Positions 40,482-51,723 of a stretch of 64,000 nucleotides of DNA are shown in pieces (the first letter of the stretch is position 1; each line of letters starts with the position of its first letter). This DNA is from Eledone cirrhosa (Eukaryota): positions 369,892,001-369,956,000 of the forward strand of contig OZ024743.1 in the NCBI GenBank assembly GCA_964016885.1, written 5' to 3'. The notes below the pieces were generated by a model. The model saw nothing but the letters and a program-made list of their open reading frames with translations, made no database searches and was not told the DNA's origin. The translations under genes and the position numbers were made by a program.

Positions 40482-42179
40482 TTGGAAAAATTGCATGACA
40501 ATACTAATAACACAAACACAGACACAACAAACAAAAAAATAACAGTTGAAAATAACATCATATCAGAAAACAAAGCAGACGACAAGATTTCTTTTGCACA
40601 GAAAACAAAGAAATCTTTGACTTATATAGCGGAAAACATTTCAGATGTGGTACGAAGGATCACGGACGCAAAACAATACATAAGTGAAGGTGAGAATGGT
40701 ATTTTATTGGTAAAAATGCCTCAAGAATTCACGAAAGACATTGAAAGCCGAACGGTCAAGTTTCGGACCATCAACAACAGTACAAAAAAACCTGAACAGC
40801 CTTCTCAAGCAGATATCAAAACAGTACTCGCAGAAGTACTGAATGAAACAACTTTCATAAGAAAAGACAGACTGTATGGAAGCCTAGCAATTATCATGAA
40901 GAACGAATCGGCGGCAAAAAAATGTGCTTTGTCACCGATTCGTTCAAAAAATTTCACCTTTTATCCATCTTATATGGGAAAAAAAACTCAACGCATATGG
41001 CTGGATGCAATGATGCCAGGTGTGGACTACTGCTGGCTCATAGCTGGCTTCATCGATCCAGTGAATGACAACGTGATTTCCATTGGGAAAACCACAGGCA
41101 ATGCGTTCAGTGGAACAGGTATAGAGCTGGTAGTACAAATGAAGCCTGAACGCATCGCCCAAATACCCGACAGAATCCTATTAGAGGACCACGGGTATAT
41201 AAACATTAGCGTGGAGGGGAGAAGGCCGTCCTGCCATATCTGTGCAGGCAGAGGGCACCTGAAGGCCGCTTGTCCACAACTCAACAAAAAGAAAACTCTG
41301 CTACCAACACCAGCTCCACCACCACCACCACAACAGATAAACAAACAACAAAACTCAGTCCCACCCAACCCGTCCCTCAGTAACACCACAACACCACCAC
41401 AACACAAACAGTCACAACACATTACCCCAAAACAAAATACAGGCCCACCCAACCTCTCACTCAATAAAACAACACAACCACCGCAGACACAACACACAAC
41501 ACAGTCTAACATAGTGACATCCATCTCCCCCACAAAGAAAACCAACACGGAAACATTACCAGCAAACATACCTCTTCCCTCCAACACTGAAGATAACCCA
41601 ACGAATTCGGAGGAAGAAACGGAGTCCTTCAGACAGATTAAAAGGAAAAAAAGAAAACATGTGCAAAACACACAAGGACAAACAACCCCCACCCAAATCG
41701 CAACACAATCTAACAAAACAGAAAACACCCCTCCAGCAACAAACAAAACCAAACCTGCCCCTCCCCTCTTCGAAACACTCACACCATCGGAAAAAAAGAC
41801 ATTACACTATACTTACATCAACAGAAACAATAATAAATTAAATGAACTCATATACAATAATCCTTCGGTACAAACCGAAGGTGTAAACTTTGTTTCATCA
41901 GAAAACCACCCACATTTAAAACTAATAAAAATCCCAATGAACCTCTACCAAAAACTAAAAAAGGATTTTAAGGAGGACGTAGGACCACCCTCTGTCAAAC
42001 CCATAAACCGCGTCCTACTAAAAAGCTTTCCCCCTCCCCTTCCCCTCCCCAACACAACTCCAAACACCCCAACCCCACCACACACCGACGACCCCACACC
42101 ACCACAAGACACCCCTTCACCCAACACCCCCGACCCCATGGAAGTCGTGCAACCCGAACCCCGGGAAGCGGAAAGGTAG
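40482..42179 (+). CDS. LINE ORF1 protein with CCHC zinc knuckle; probable true start at ATG 40303 with a frameshift in the A-run 40472-40481
   Basis: CHICAGRGHLKAAC knuckle, Pro/Thr-rich tail and KRKKRK basic patch. Confidence 0.85.
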   Translation: MEKLHDNTNNTNTDTTNKKITVENNIISENKADDKISFAQKTKKSLTYIAENISDVVRRITDAKQYISEGENGILLVKMPQEFTKDIESRTVKFRTINNSTKKPEQPSQADIKTVLAEVLNETTFIRKDRLYGSLAIIMKNESAAKKCALSPIRSKNFTFYPSYMGKKTQRIWLDAMMPGVDYCWLIAGFIDPVNDNVISIGKTTGNAFSGTGIELVVQMKPERIAQIPDRILLEDHGYINISVEGRRPSCHICAGRGHLKAACPQLNKKKTLLPTPAPPPPPQQINKQQNSVPPNPSLSNTTTPPQHKQSQHITPKQNTGPPNLSLNKTTQPPQTQHTTQSNIVTSISPTKKTNTETLPANIPLPSNTEDNPTNSEEETESFRQIKRKKRKHVQNTQGQTTPTQIATQSNKTENTPPATNKTKPAPPLFETLTPSEKKTLHYTYINRNNNKLNELIYNNPSVQTEGVNFVSSENHPHLKLIKIPMNLYQKLKKDFKEDVGPPSVKPINRVLLKSFPPPLPLPNTTPNTPTPPHTDDPTPPQDTPSPNTPDPMEVVQPEPREAER

Positions 42180-42212
42180 GTCTCTACACTCTCCTTTGGC
42201 TCTGCCGCCCAC

Positions 42213-45200
42213 ATGGATGTGTTAAGAGTAGGATGTTTGAATGCACGTGGCCTGGGCTCAACTTGGAAGCAAGCAAAGCTTCTAAATGACCTCAGGTCAT
42301 GTAGTATAAATGTAATGGTTATCTGTGAGACTCGAATCAGCGTCATGCGGCAGCTGGCCCCCACCTTCGATGACTTTGAGGTGCATGCATCTCTCTGTCA
42401 ACCTGGAGGTGGGGGTGGGGTTGTCGTGCTGCTGCAAAAACACCTGGGTCTTGCCGTACAGGTTGTGCACTCGGACCCGGAGGGTCGTTTGTTGGTGCTA
42501 GACGTTGGCAGTAGTGAAAGTGCGGCCTTGAGACTGGTCGCCGTCTACTCCCCTTTCGGAGCTGAACGGCCCGACTTCTTCCAGCGTTTGGAGACTTTTC
42601 TGGGAACGTCGCGTTCCCTGCTTCTAGCGGGGGATTGGAATGACATCCTGGATGCACGTTGGGACTATGCAGGAGCATGTCCTAATAGAGGGGGGTGTAA
42701 CAGCCTCAAGGGGTTACTCGACCGTTTTAACTTGGTCGATAGATATCGACTAGATTTTCCAACTGTGCCTACCTGGACTTGGAGAAACCACAGTGGTCAA
42801 TCTAGATCGTACTTAGATAGATTCTTAGTTAGAAGTAAGGATAGGGACATATTAAGCTGTCCAGAAATGCGCACGGTTGGCTACACGGATCACAAATTAG
42901 TGACCTGCGTGGTCAATCTCGAGAAAACACATAGACAGGGTCCCGGTTACTGGAAACTTAATTTGTCTTTACCGGCAAAAGAGACTTACAGAAACCGGAT
43001 TAGCAGATTAGTTAAGGAGAGGTTGACGGGTGCAATCGTCAACAACCGATGGTGGGCATCTCTCAAAAGAGAGATTAGAACAGAATCAATAAGTTATAGC
43101 AAGATGTTAGCTGCCAATAGGAATAGAAACGAGAAAGAATTAACAGGTAAATTAGAAGAGGCAATCAAGAGCGAAGATGTGGCCAGAGTGCTGGCATCGA
43201 GGACGGCCTTGAACCAGTTTTTCGATGCAAAGCATGAAGGCTGCGTCATTCGAAGTAAAATACGTGCTCTAGGTAATGAGGGGGCCAAAGCCGTTGGATG
43301 GGCCCGCGTGACAGAAGCTAAAAGTGGAAATCGATCCACCATCCGGTCGTTGCAAGACGAAGATGGACGAGTGATCCGGGAGCCTAAGCAGATGTGCGAG
43401 GCCTTTCAAAAGCACTTTGCCCGATTGTTCGGGGGAGGCGAGGGTCCGGGCCGGGGCGTGGATTTCGGTCCATACCTCGACGGCCTGCCGCGTCTCTCGA
43501 ACAAAGAGGCAGAGTCCTGCGAGGGACCAATCTCGGCTGATGAGATCGGAGATGCGCTGAGCCAATGCAGCAGACGCAAATCTCCAGGTCTCGATGGTAT
43601 ACCTTACGAACTTTATTTAGCAATGCCGGTCTTCTTCTCCGAACTCCTCGAAGCGGTCTACTGCAATTGGCAGCAGAACGGGAGAATTCCTTGTTCTGTA
43701 GCCAAGGGCGTAGTCACGCTGGTGAGGAAGGACGAGAACAAGGGGGATAGTATAAATAATTTTCGGCCCATAACCCTGCTAAACACAGAGTTAAAGATTT
43801 TGGCCAAGGTGTTAGCAAAGAGGTTGGCGCTTGTCGTGGGTGGCCTGGTGGGAGATGCGCAGACATGTGCTATCCCATCCAGGTCCATTCACGATAACCT
43901 CCACCTCATGCGATACATCATAGAGAGGGTTGGCAACAAACCCGGCTTCGGTGGGGCCCTGATCAACTTGGATCAGTCTAAGGCCTTCGATAGGGTCGAC
44001 CATGGTTACCTGGATGCGGTGCTAGCGGCGGCTGGGTTCGGTCCTGTTTTCAGAGGCTGGATCACTGCCCTACATAGCAACCACATCTGTTCTAGGATCA
44101 AGGTGAACGGCTACCTTTCGAAGCCGTTCGAAATCACACGATCCATTCGACAGGGGTGCCCTCTCTCCTCCCTTCTGTACGTATTGACTCTCGAGCCTTT
44201 ACTGAGGAAGTTGGAGTTGTTGCAGGGTATCCCCCTGGAACCAGGATTGAGCAAAGCGGTGTCGGCCTACGCCGATGACGTAACAGTAATGGTATCAACC
44301 GACTCGGAGATCGAGGCGATCGGTACCTTACTGGAGGAGTACGAAAGGTTGTCAGGAGCGAAACTGAACCGGGAAAAATCCATCGGGCTGCAACTCGGAA
44401 CGTGGAGAGGCAAACCGATGCCTCCTGACGGTGTCGTCGGACACTGGACGGAGGGCCCGGTAAAGTTGCTTGGGGTCTGGTTTGGACCGGACCTCCAGGT
44501 GGAAAAGAACTGGAACGAGGTTACGAACAAGGTGTTTGCACTAACCCAGAAATGGGCCAAGTGTAAGCTGTCCCTAAAAGGCCGGGCGGAGGTGGCGAAC
44601 ATTCACATAGCGTCCGTCACTTACTACCGCCTGACTGTCGTGCCTTGCCCTAAGGAAACACTCACCACCATGGAACGCATGCTCTTCCAATTTCTTTGGA
44701 AGAAGCGTCCTCCTATGGTGAGAAGATCCATCTGCTGCCAACAACCTTCGAAAGGAGGGCTGGGGATGCCGTGGTTGATGATGCGTAGGCACGCATTAAG
44801 GCTACGGCACCTACAGGTATTCCTCACTGGTCAACCGGTGTGGGCTCCGTTCGTGAAACGAGCCTTTCCGAGACTCGTCTCACTCACCGAGCTACAGTCC
44901 TGGGTCAAGCAAAGATCCGGAAAACTGGGAGACTGGCACACTGAGTGTGCTCAGGCGCTCAGGGCTCTCTGGCAAGCGGGCCGGGCCATCGGTGGAGAAT
45001 CCACCTCATCATTCTATAGAGGGCTGGTGGCTAGCAGGGGCGATGACACCCTTGGAGAGTCGCTGGACATGGAAGAAGACGAACTGGCCAGCCTGTTCGG
45101 TAGGACTTTCGGCCCAGGACCAATGGACAACTTCCAGAAGTCACTGGCCTGGCAGTGCTACCGAGGGGCTCTACCCGTTCGAGAGAGGCTCTACAGACAC

Positions 45201-45650
45201 GGGCGCCCGGGCAGGGATCCCTCAAAAAAGATTTGCCCTAGATGCGTGCGTCACGAAGAAACCGTGGCGCACGCATTGGTGCAATGTCCGGGCGTGGCTG
45301 ACCTGTGGGGCTACGCCGAACAACTGCTGTCGCGGGTGGCGCCGATTAAATTGACCGCCGAGTCCGTGATGACAATCAAACCGCCTCCCCTCTTCACAAA
45401 GGAAGCAAAGGCGGTTTTTCTGTGCGTAATAGCCATGTTGAAAGAGGTTGTTTGGTGGACACGATTGAAAGGTCTGAGGTCAGGCAACTTCCTCTCTGGC
45501 CATAGTCTGGTCTACTTCTTCCGATATCACTTCGGAAGAAGGATAAGAATGGAGAGAGAGGTGCTTGGCCACAGGCAGTTTTATGAAAGGTGGGTGATAG
45601 TGGCGAGAATGGCTCGTGTAAATGGGCCTTCTCTGTATACCATCCTGTAG
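42213..45650 (+). CDS. LINE ORF2: AP endonuclease, reverse transcriptase and C-terminal Cys/His domain, intact 1145 aa
   Basis: LNARGL, GDWN, YLDRF, TDHK, GYWKLN, SPGLDG, FRPITLLN, DQSKAFDRVDH, QGCPLS, AYADD and CPRC..EETVAHALVQC motifs. Confidence 0.97.
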   Translation: MDVLRVGCLNARGLGSTWKQAKLLNDLRSCSINVMVICETRISVMRQLAPTFDDFEVHASLCQPGGGGGVVVLLQKHLGLAVQVVHSDPEGRLLVLDVGSSESAALRLVAVYSPFGAERPDFFQRLETFLGTSRSLLLAGDWNDILDARWDYAGACPNRGGCNSLKGLLDRFNLVDRYRLDFPTVPTWTWRNHSGQSRSYLDRFLVRSKDRDILSCPEMRTVGYTDHKLVTCVVNLEKTHRQGPGYWKLNLSLPAKETYRNRISRLVKERLTGAIVNNRWWASLKREIRTESISYSKMLAANRNRNEKELTGKLEEAIKSEDVARVLASRTALNQFFDAKHEGCVIRSKIRALGNEGAKAVGWARVTEAKSGNRSTIRSLQDEDGRVIREPKQMCEAFQKHFARLFGGGEGPGRGVDFGPYLDGLPRLSNKEAESCEGPISADEIGDALSQCSRRKSPGLDGIPYELYLAMPVFFSELLEAVYCNWQQNGRIPCSVAKGVVTLVRKDENKGDSINNFRPITLLNTELKILAKVLAKRLALVVGGLVGDAQTCAIPSRSIHDNLHLMRYIIERVGNKPGFGGALINLDQSKAFDRVDHGYLDAVLAAAGFGPVFRGWITALHSNHICSRIKVNGYLSKPFEITRSIRQGCPLSSLLYVLTLEPLLRKLELLQGIPLEPGLSKAVSAYADDVTVMVSTDSEIEAIGTLLEEYERLSGAKLNREKSIGLQLGTWRGKPMPPDGVVGHWTEGPVKLLGVWFGPDLQVEKNWNEVTNKVFALTQKWAKCKLSLKGRAEVANIHIASVTYYRLTVVPCPKETLTTMERMLFQFLWKKRPPMVRRSICCQQPSKGGLGMPWLMMRRHALRLRHLQVFLTGQPVWAPFVKRAFPRLVSLTELQSWVKQRSGKLGDWHTECAQALRALWQAGRAIGGESTSSFYRGLVASRGDDTLGESLDMEEDELASLFGRTFGPGPMDNFQKSLAWQCYRGALPVRERLYRHGRPGRDPSKKICPRCVRHEETVAHALVQCPGVADLWGYAEQLLSRVAPIKLTAESVMTIKPPPLFTKEAKAVFLCVIAMLKEVVWWTRLKGLRSGNFLSGHSLVYFFRYHFGRRIRMEREVLGHRQFYERWVIVARMARVNGPSLYTIL

Positions 45651-45864
45651 GTAAAGAAGTAAAGGAGAGGGGAGCACCTTCTCCATGTGCTCCCCGGGCA
45701 AAGGATTGCACACTTATTCGGGGGTGTGTGCAACCCCCATCACGTCCCCTCCCTTTTGAGGTTATTTTCGATTATTTTCATGTTACACCCTTTTTACTCG
45801 ATTATATGTAAACTCCCCCTTTGTATTTGTCCCTTCTTTTTATGCCTTTATGGTAAATAAAGAA

Positions 45865-45914
<50 letters not shown>

Positions 45915-46989
45915 ATGGAAAAAATGAAATTTCATTTCTCACTCTTAGTACGGCTGATACTTAAATATAAGTATGTATACGTACATACATATATGTATAC
46001 AGACGTACAGTAGTATGTATATACATACATACATGCACACATATATATGTACGTATAGGTTTACCGAACATTTATTATAATGTTCGGTTTGTTTGTAAAC
46101 AAACAGCCCGAATTAAGCCGTACAATGTTCAGCAACCATCGTTGCCCCTTTGTTCAACACTGACAAAGGAACGATGAACTAGTTTCTAGCTTATTAGATG
46201 TCATCAGCACCGTATACCTTCCTGTCAGTCGATTGAACGTTTGAAAGTATATACTTTCCTTATGCATATTAACGGCTGAGCAGCCTAATTTGCATATCGA
46301 GTGAGTTAGTCGGCTGGGCGTACCGAAAACGATAAATGGAAAAAATGAAATTTCATTTCTCACTCTTAATGTTACTGATACTTAAATATAAGTATGTATA
46401 CGTACATACATATCTGTATACAGACGTACAGTAGTATGTATATACATACATACATGCACACATATATATGTACGTATGGGTTTACCGAACATTTATTATA
46501 ATGTTCGGTTTGTTTGTAAACAAACAGCCCGAATTAAGCCGTATACATTAAGTACGTATTAAGTACTTATGCATACTTATATTTAAGTATCAGCCGTACT
46601 AAGAGTGAGAAATGAAATTTCATTTTTTTCCATTTATCGATTTCGACTAACTCACTCGATATGCAAATTAGGCTGCTCAGCCGTTAATATGCATAAGGAA
46701 AGTATATACTTTCAAACATTCAATCGACTGACAGGAAGGTATACGGTGCTGATGACAGCTAATAAGCTAGAAACTAGTTCATCGTTCCTTTGTCAGTGTT
46801 GAACAAAAGGGCAACGATGGTTGCCGAACACTGTACGGCTTAATTCGGGCTGTTTGTTTACAAACAAACCGAACATTATAATAAATGTTCCGTAAACCTA
46901 TACGTACATATATATATATGTGTGCATGTATGCATGTTTATACATACTACTGTACGTCTGTATACATATATGTATGTACGTATACATAT
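45915..46989 (-). mobile_element. Family A hammerhead repeat, insertion 2 (421-bp unit, partial tandem copy and inverted copy)
   Basis: Unit 45915-46335, partial copy to about 46544, inverted copy about 46572-46989. HHRs at 46171-46213 (-) and 46743-46785 (+), both with a GUU site. Confidence 0.88.
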
Positions 46990-48165
46990 GGTAGAACTAG
47001 AGAAGAAATTCCAAACTTGGAAGCAGGGACTAGAAAGAAAGGGTCTCAAAGACTAAGGTCCTTGTAAGTAGTTGAGAAAACAAAACCCAGAGCCCCTCAG
47101 GGAAATGGCCTTGCTCAGTATGTAGGAAAGGTGTAGGTAGGAACTCCATTCTCTGCCCCAAATGCAAACAATGGGTACACAAGAGATGTAGCGGGATCTC
47201 AGGAAGCTTAACTAAGAATGTAGGCTTCACATGTAGCAGCTGTGCTGGGACAGCAAGCAGCAGACAACCACAGGAAACAAGTACCACCAATCTCTGGGAG
47301 GGCTCTGTAGAAACAGTAGACAGCTTCTGTTACCTAGGTGACCGAATTAGCAGCGGATGTGGGTATTCAGAAAGTACAATAACCAGGGTAAGAACGGGAT
47401 GGAAGAAGTTCGGTGAGCTACTGCCACTGCTAGCTGCAAAAGGCGTTTCCCTCAAAATGAAAGGCAGACTGTATGATGCGTGTATACGAAAAGCAATGTT
47501 ACATGGTAGTGAAACCTGGGCGCTGAATGTGGAAGACTTACGTAGATTAGAAAGAAACGAAGCCTGCATGCTCCGATGGATGTGTAATAGTAATATACGC
47601 GAACGGCAAAGCATAAATGAATTGAGAGAGAGACTGGGCATAAGAGGAATCAAATGCTGTGTGCAGGAGAGGCGGTTACGTTGGTATGGACATGTGATGT
47701 GTATGAAGGATGACAGCTGCATAAAAAGGTGCAGAGCACTAAAAGTAGATGGGAGCCATGGAGTGGGGAGACCCAAGAAGACCTGGGACGAGGTGATAAA
47801 AGACGACCTTACCCAATTACACCTCTCAAAGGCGATGACACACGACCGTGACCTCTGGCGTCACGCAGTATACAGAATACCCGACCCACCACAGGTACAA
47901 GCCGAAGCTGAAGCATATAGACAATTTTCCCCCACCCCCTCCCACTGCAAAGTGGTCGTGGAGGTGCCATGTCAAAAAAGCACCCGCCCACACTGTAAAG
48001 TGGACGTGTAGGCGCCACGGAAAAAAAGCACCCAGCACTCACTCTAAATGAGGTTGGTGTTAGGAAGGGCATCCAGCTGTAGAAATCAAGCCAGAATCAG
48101 TTCCCGTCCCACCAAAGCAAGCAGGGAAAAGCGGACTTAAAATGATGATGATGATGATGATGATT
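46989..48165 (+). mobile_element. RTE LINE 3' fragment
   Basis: ORF 47457-48011 and a (GAT)n tail. Confidence 0.92.
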
Positions 48166-48189
48166 ATATATATATATATATATATACAT

Positions 48190-48652
48190 ACACTAATGGC
48201 CCGTCCGTCTGGCGTACGGCTAGGTATACATGCCCCCACCACTCTATTGCAAAGATACTACACACCGTCCCGTGTCACATTGTCCTTCTGACTCAATCTC
48301 TCTCTCTGAATAACTAACACTTTAATTGTATCTCTCTCTGTCTAACGGCCTCTCTCTCTCTCTCTTTTCCCCTCTCTCTGTAGATGTGTGTGCGTGTGTT
48401 TGTGTATGTGTATGTGTGTTTATGTATGTGTGTATGTGGGTGTGTGTGTTACTTATGCGAGCGACGAAAGAAAAAGTATGTGGGATACATACATTATTAT
48501 ATTTGTCAGGGTTGCCTTTTGATGTATGTATTACCTCAAAAGGCAACCCTGACAAATATAATAATGTATGTATCCCACATACTTTTTCTTTCGTATGTAT
48601 TACCTGCTGTCATATAGAGAGTGAAGAGAGACAGAGAGTAAAGCAGTTACAT

Positions 48653-48695
<43 letters not shown>

Positions 48696-49090
48696 GGCGC
48701 TCAGCTTTATAATATTACAGAGTGAAGAGCGACAGAGAGAGTAAAGCTAAGAAAATATAGGGAGGTGTGTAGGATACATACGTGTTGACCGAATTTACGT
48801 ACGACGCTCATCTCTACGGAAAGTAAAAGAGTGTTGTCATATAGAGAGTGAAGAGAGACAGAGTAAATCAGTTAAATTATAGAGTGTGAAAGAGAGAGAG
48901 AGAGACGACGACGTTCAGCTTTATAATATTTGAGAGTGAAGAGCGACAGAGAGAGTAAAGCAGTTAAATTATACAGAGGGGTAATGATCTATTATAGAGA
49001 GAGGGAAAAGCGACGGAGAGAGTAAAGCTAAGAAACTATATAGAGAGGTGTATAGGATACACACGACACTCAGCTTTATAATATTACTAG
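48190..49090 (+). mobile_element. Non-autonomous Helitron/Helentron-like element with internal palindrome and repeated 3' modules
   Basis: Starts ACTAATGGCCCGTCCG and ends CAGCTTTATAATATTACTAG. The terminal motif also occurs near 48702 and 48916. Confidence 0.55.
48464..48594. repeat. Perfect inverted duplication with arms of about 59 bp
   Basis: 48464-48522 is the reverse complement of 48536-48594. Confidence 0.9.
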
Positions 49091-50182
49091 CATTAAAGCC
49101 CGGCGTTGCTCGGGGTCATTAAGTTACCAAAGTTAGGTTGCACCACCCATTTTATGGCAGCACTTTTTTGTCTGCCAGGCACTGGGTGAATGAATTGCAG
49201 ACCTGGAAGCAGGAGCTGTGCCAGCAGTGACAATTGTAGTTTCGCCTATGGATATTATCTCTGTGCAAAAAAGTGTTGAAATTTATTGCTTCACAGTACT
49301 TGCGCAACACGCGCGTAGACGATGCCAGCCGAACAACAGAGCTGCGATGGAGTTGTTCTGCATGGTTGTCTGTGTTTTCTAAATTTAAGATAGTAGGGAG
49401 AGTTAGCTGTTATTTCTAGCAGGTTTAGTGACCTCATAGAGGATATGTGTTTTCTAAATTTAAGACAGTAGGGAGTGGTGTGATATGGGGGAGATTTAGC
49501 TGCTGTTTCTAGCAGGTTTAGTGACCTCATAGAAGATATGTTTTCTAAATTTAACACAGTAGGGAGGGGTGTAATATGGGGGAGAGTTAGCTGCTGTTTC
49601 TAGCAGGTTAAGTAACCTCATAGAGGATATGTGTTTTCTAAATTTAAGACAGTAGGGAGTGGTGTGATATGGGGGAGAGTTAGCTGCTGTTTCTAGCAGG
49701 TTTAGTGATCTCATAGAAGATATGTTTTCTAAATTTAAGACAGTAGGGAGGGGTGTGGTATGGGGGAGAGTTAGCTGCTGTTTCTAGCAGGTTTAGTGAC
49801 CTCATAGCGGATATTATTGTTTATCATTATCTATAAAAGGCAGATTGTTGTTGTTGTTGAAGTGAGTGTGTTGAGAGAGTAAAACGGACAGTATCACCAT
49901 CAAGCTTGGAAAGAGAAAGTAGCAGAGAGTATGAAGTTGTATAGATTTTGAATGGTAGTGGAAAGAGTTTAGCAGTTTAAATGACAGAAAAATCGTAAAA
50001 TATTGAGTTTTATCTATTTTTTGCGTAATTGTGGGTGAAATTGAAAAATGAGATGTGCCAAGACGCAATCGAAACTATTTCGAATACTGAATTGTAAATT
50101 TCAATTGAAGAAATTTTATATCGTAGATTTCTATAAGAAAGGAGCATGACCACACACTGAGCTTTATAGATTATGATAGATA
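49086..50182 (+). mobile_element. Second non-autonomous Helitron-like element containing a minisatellite
   Basis: Starts ACTAGCATTAAAGCCCGGCGTTGCTCGGG (5' hairpin) and ends GAGCTTTATAGATTATGATAGAT, resembling Lep1/DINE-type termini. Confidence 0.6.
49371..49812. repeat. Minisatellite with about 91-bp unit, 5 copies
   Basis: TGTTTTCTAAATTTAAGACAGTAGGGAG...GCTGTTTCTAGCAGGTTTAGTGACCTCATAG repeated. Confidence 0.92.
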
Positions 50183-50186
50183 TATG

Positions 50187-50517
50187 GAGGCACATGGCTT
50201 AGTGGTTAGAGCGTTGGCCTTGCAATCGAAAGGTTGTGAGTTCAATTCTCAGACCGGGTGATGTGTTGTTTCCTTGAGCAAGACACTTTATTTCACATTG
50301 TTCCAGTTTACTCAGCTGTAGAAAGGAGATGATAGGGGTCCATATCTTTCCACTGCAAAGTGGCCGTGGAGGTGCCACGGCAAAAAAGCACCCAGCACTC
50401 ACTGTAAATGAGGTTAGTGTTAGGAAGGGCATCCAGCTGTAGAAATCAAGCCAGAATCAGTTCCCGTCCCACCCTCGCAAGCAAGGAAAAAGCGGACGTA
50501 AAATGAAATGATGATGA

Positions 50518-50520
<3 letters not shown>
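50187..50520 (+). mobile_element. tRNA-derived SINE with CORE/V-like centre and RTE-derived tail
   Basis: A box TGGCTTAGTGG, B box GAGTTCAATTC, CCTTGAGCAAGACACTT, then a 3' part nearly identical to the RTE 3' UTR at 47940-48160 with (GAT)n. Confidence 0.8.
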
Positions 50521-50562
<42 letters not shown>

Positions 50563-50656
50563 CTCGCCCACTGCAAAGTGGTCGTGGAGGTGTCACGAAA
50601 AAAAAAAAGCACCCAGCACTCACTATAAATGAGGTTGGTGTTAAGAACATCCAGCT

Positions 50657-50870
50657 GTTGGTGGGGGTTGTGGGGTTGGTGGTGGTTGTGGTGTTGGAGG
50701 TTGTGGTGTTGGTGGAGGTTGTGGTGTTGGTGGGGGCTGTGGTGCTTGTAGTGTTGGTGGGGTTTGTGGTGGTGGTGGTGGTGGTAGGGGCTGTGGTGGT
50801 GGTGGTGGTCGTGGTGGTAGGGGCCGCGGTGGTGGTGGTGGTGGTGGGGGGGGGGGGGGGGGGGGGGGGG
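50657..50870 (+). repeat. (GGT)n-rich tract ending in a poly-G run
   Basis: Visible directly in the sequence. Confidence 0.9.
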
Positions 50871-50904
50871 TCATGTACCAACCTGTCCCTGGTAAGCAGT
50901 ACAG

Positions 50905-51623
50905 TTAACCACATATCTATGTGTATGGTAAACGCCTTGGAGTGGTTGATCAGTTTGTCTACCTGGGAAGCACTGTCAATCGATACAGCAATATTGATAA
51001 TGAAAATACACTCAGGATTAGGAAAGCAAGTGATTCTTTCGGAAAGCTAGAAAGAAGCCTCTGGTATCAGCAAGACATATGCAAGAAGACAAAGGTAAAG
51101 GTGTACAAGGCATGTGTGCTCTCTTCTCTCCTTGAAAGACGTTGACATCTCTGCTTATACATGGGAAAGTGTATGTGCTGATCGTAATAAATGGAGAAAA
51201 ACTGTACATGAGGGGAAAGTTACTTTTGAAGCATCTCAAATGGCATACGAGAAAGTAAAAAGGGATGTGAGGAAAGGCATTATTGTTGCATTTCCAGAGA
51301 GTGAAAGTCCTCCTATAGCACTAACATGCAGCGTCTGTGCGAGACTCTGCCTCAGCAAAGCTTGACTCGAAAGTCATCTTTGCTGTCATAAAGTCAGACC
51401 ATTGGTTGACTACCAGGCTGCTATCGAAGATACTGCTCATCATACATGTCAAGTACGTGGAAGAGAGTGTAGATCAGCAGGAGGGCTCAAACGACATGCA
51501 AAAGTACATGAAATCTAACCACACCCAGCTACTGACAGTGAATGTTTTGGTTGCCAACTCTGTGCAAGACATTTTAGATCATTGGCTGGGCTAAAAAGCC
51601 ACTTTCGATTGCAGCACCATTAA
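50905..51623 (+). mobile_element. BovB-like RTE 3' fragment with C-terminal C2H2 zinc fingers
   Basis: VDQFVYLGS...RIRKASDSFGKL...TKVKVYKACVLSSLL, then CSVCARLCLSKA*LESH, CQVRGRECRSAGGLKRHAKVH and CQLCARHFRSLAGLKSHFRLQH. Confidence 0.75.
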
Positions 51624-51674
51624 TTATTAATATATATGTGTGTGTATATGTATGTGTGTGTGTGTATGTATATC

Positions 51675-51720
<46 letters not shown>

Positions 51721-51723
<3 letters not shown>

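Larger units (their letters stand above)
40071..45866 (+). mobile_element. Full-length Tx1/L1-group LINE inserted in an (ATCT)n microsatellite
   Basis: 5' UTR, ORF1, ORF2 and a 3' UTR with AATAAA. (TCTA)n lies on both sides (about 40027-40070 and 45866-45914). Confidence 0.93.

Noticed and set aside
41027-41782. 251-aa minus-strand ORF
   Set aside because: It is the antisense shadow of the A/C-rich LINE ORF1.
49371-49812. CRISPR-like periodicity, here and at 19975-21065
   Set aside because: Whole units repeat without unique spacers, the context is eukaryotic, and there are no cas genes.
50420-51050. Pro/Thr-rich and Val/Gly-rich ORFs
   Set aside because: They are products of a (GGT)n and poly-G low-complexity tract.
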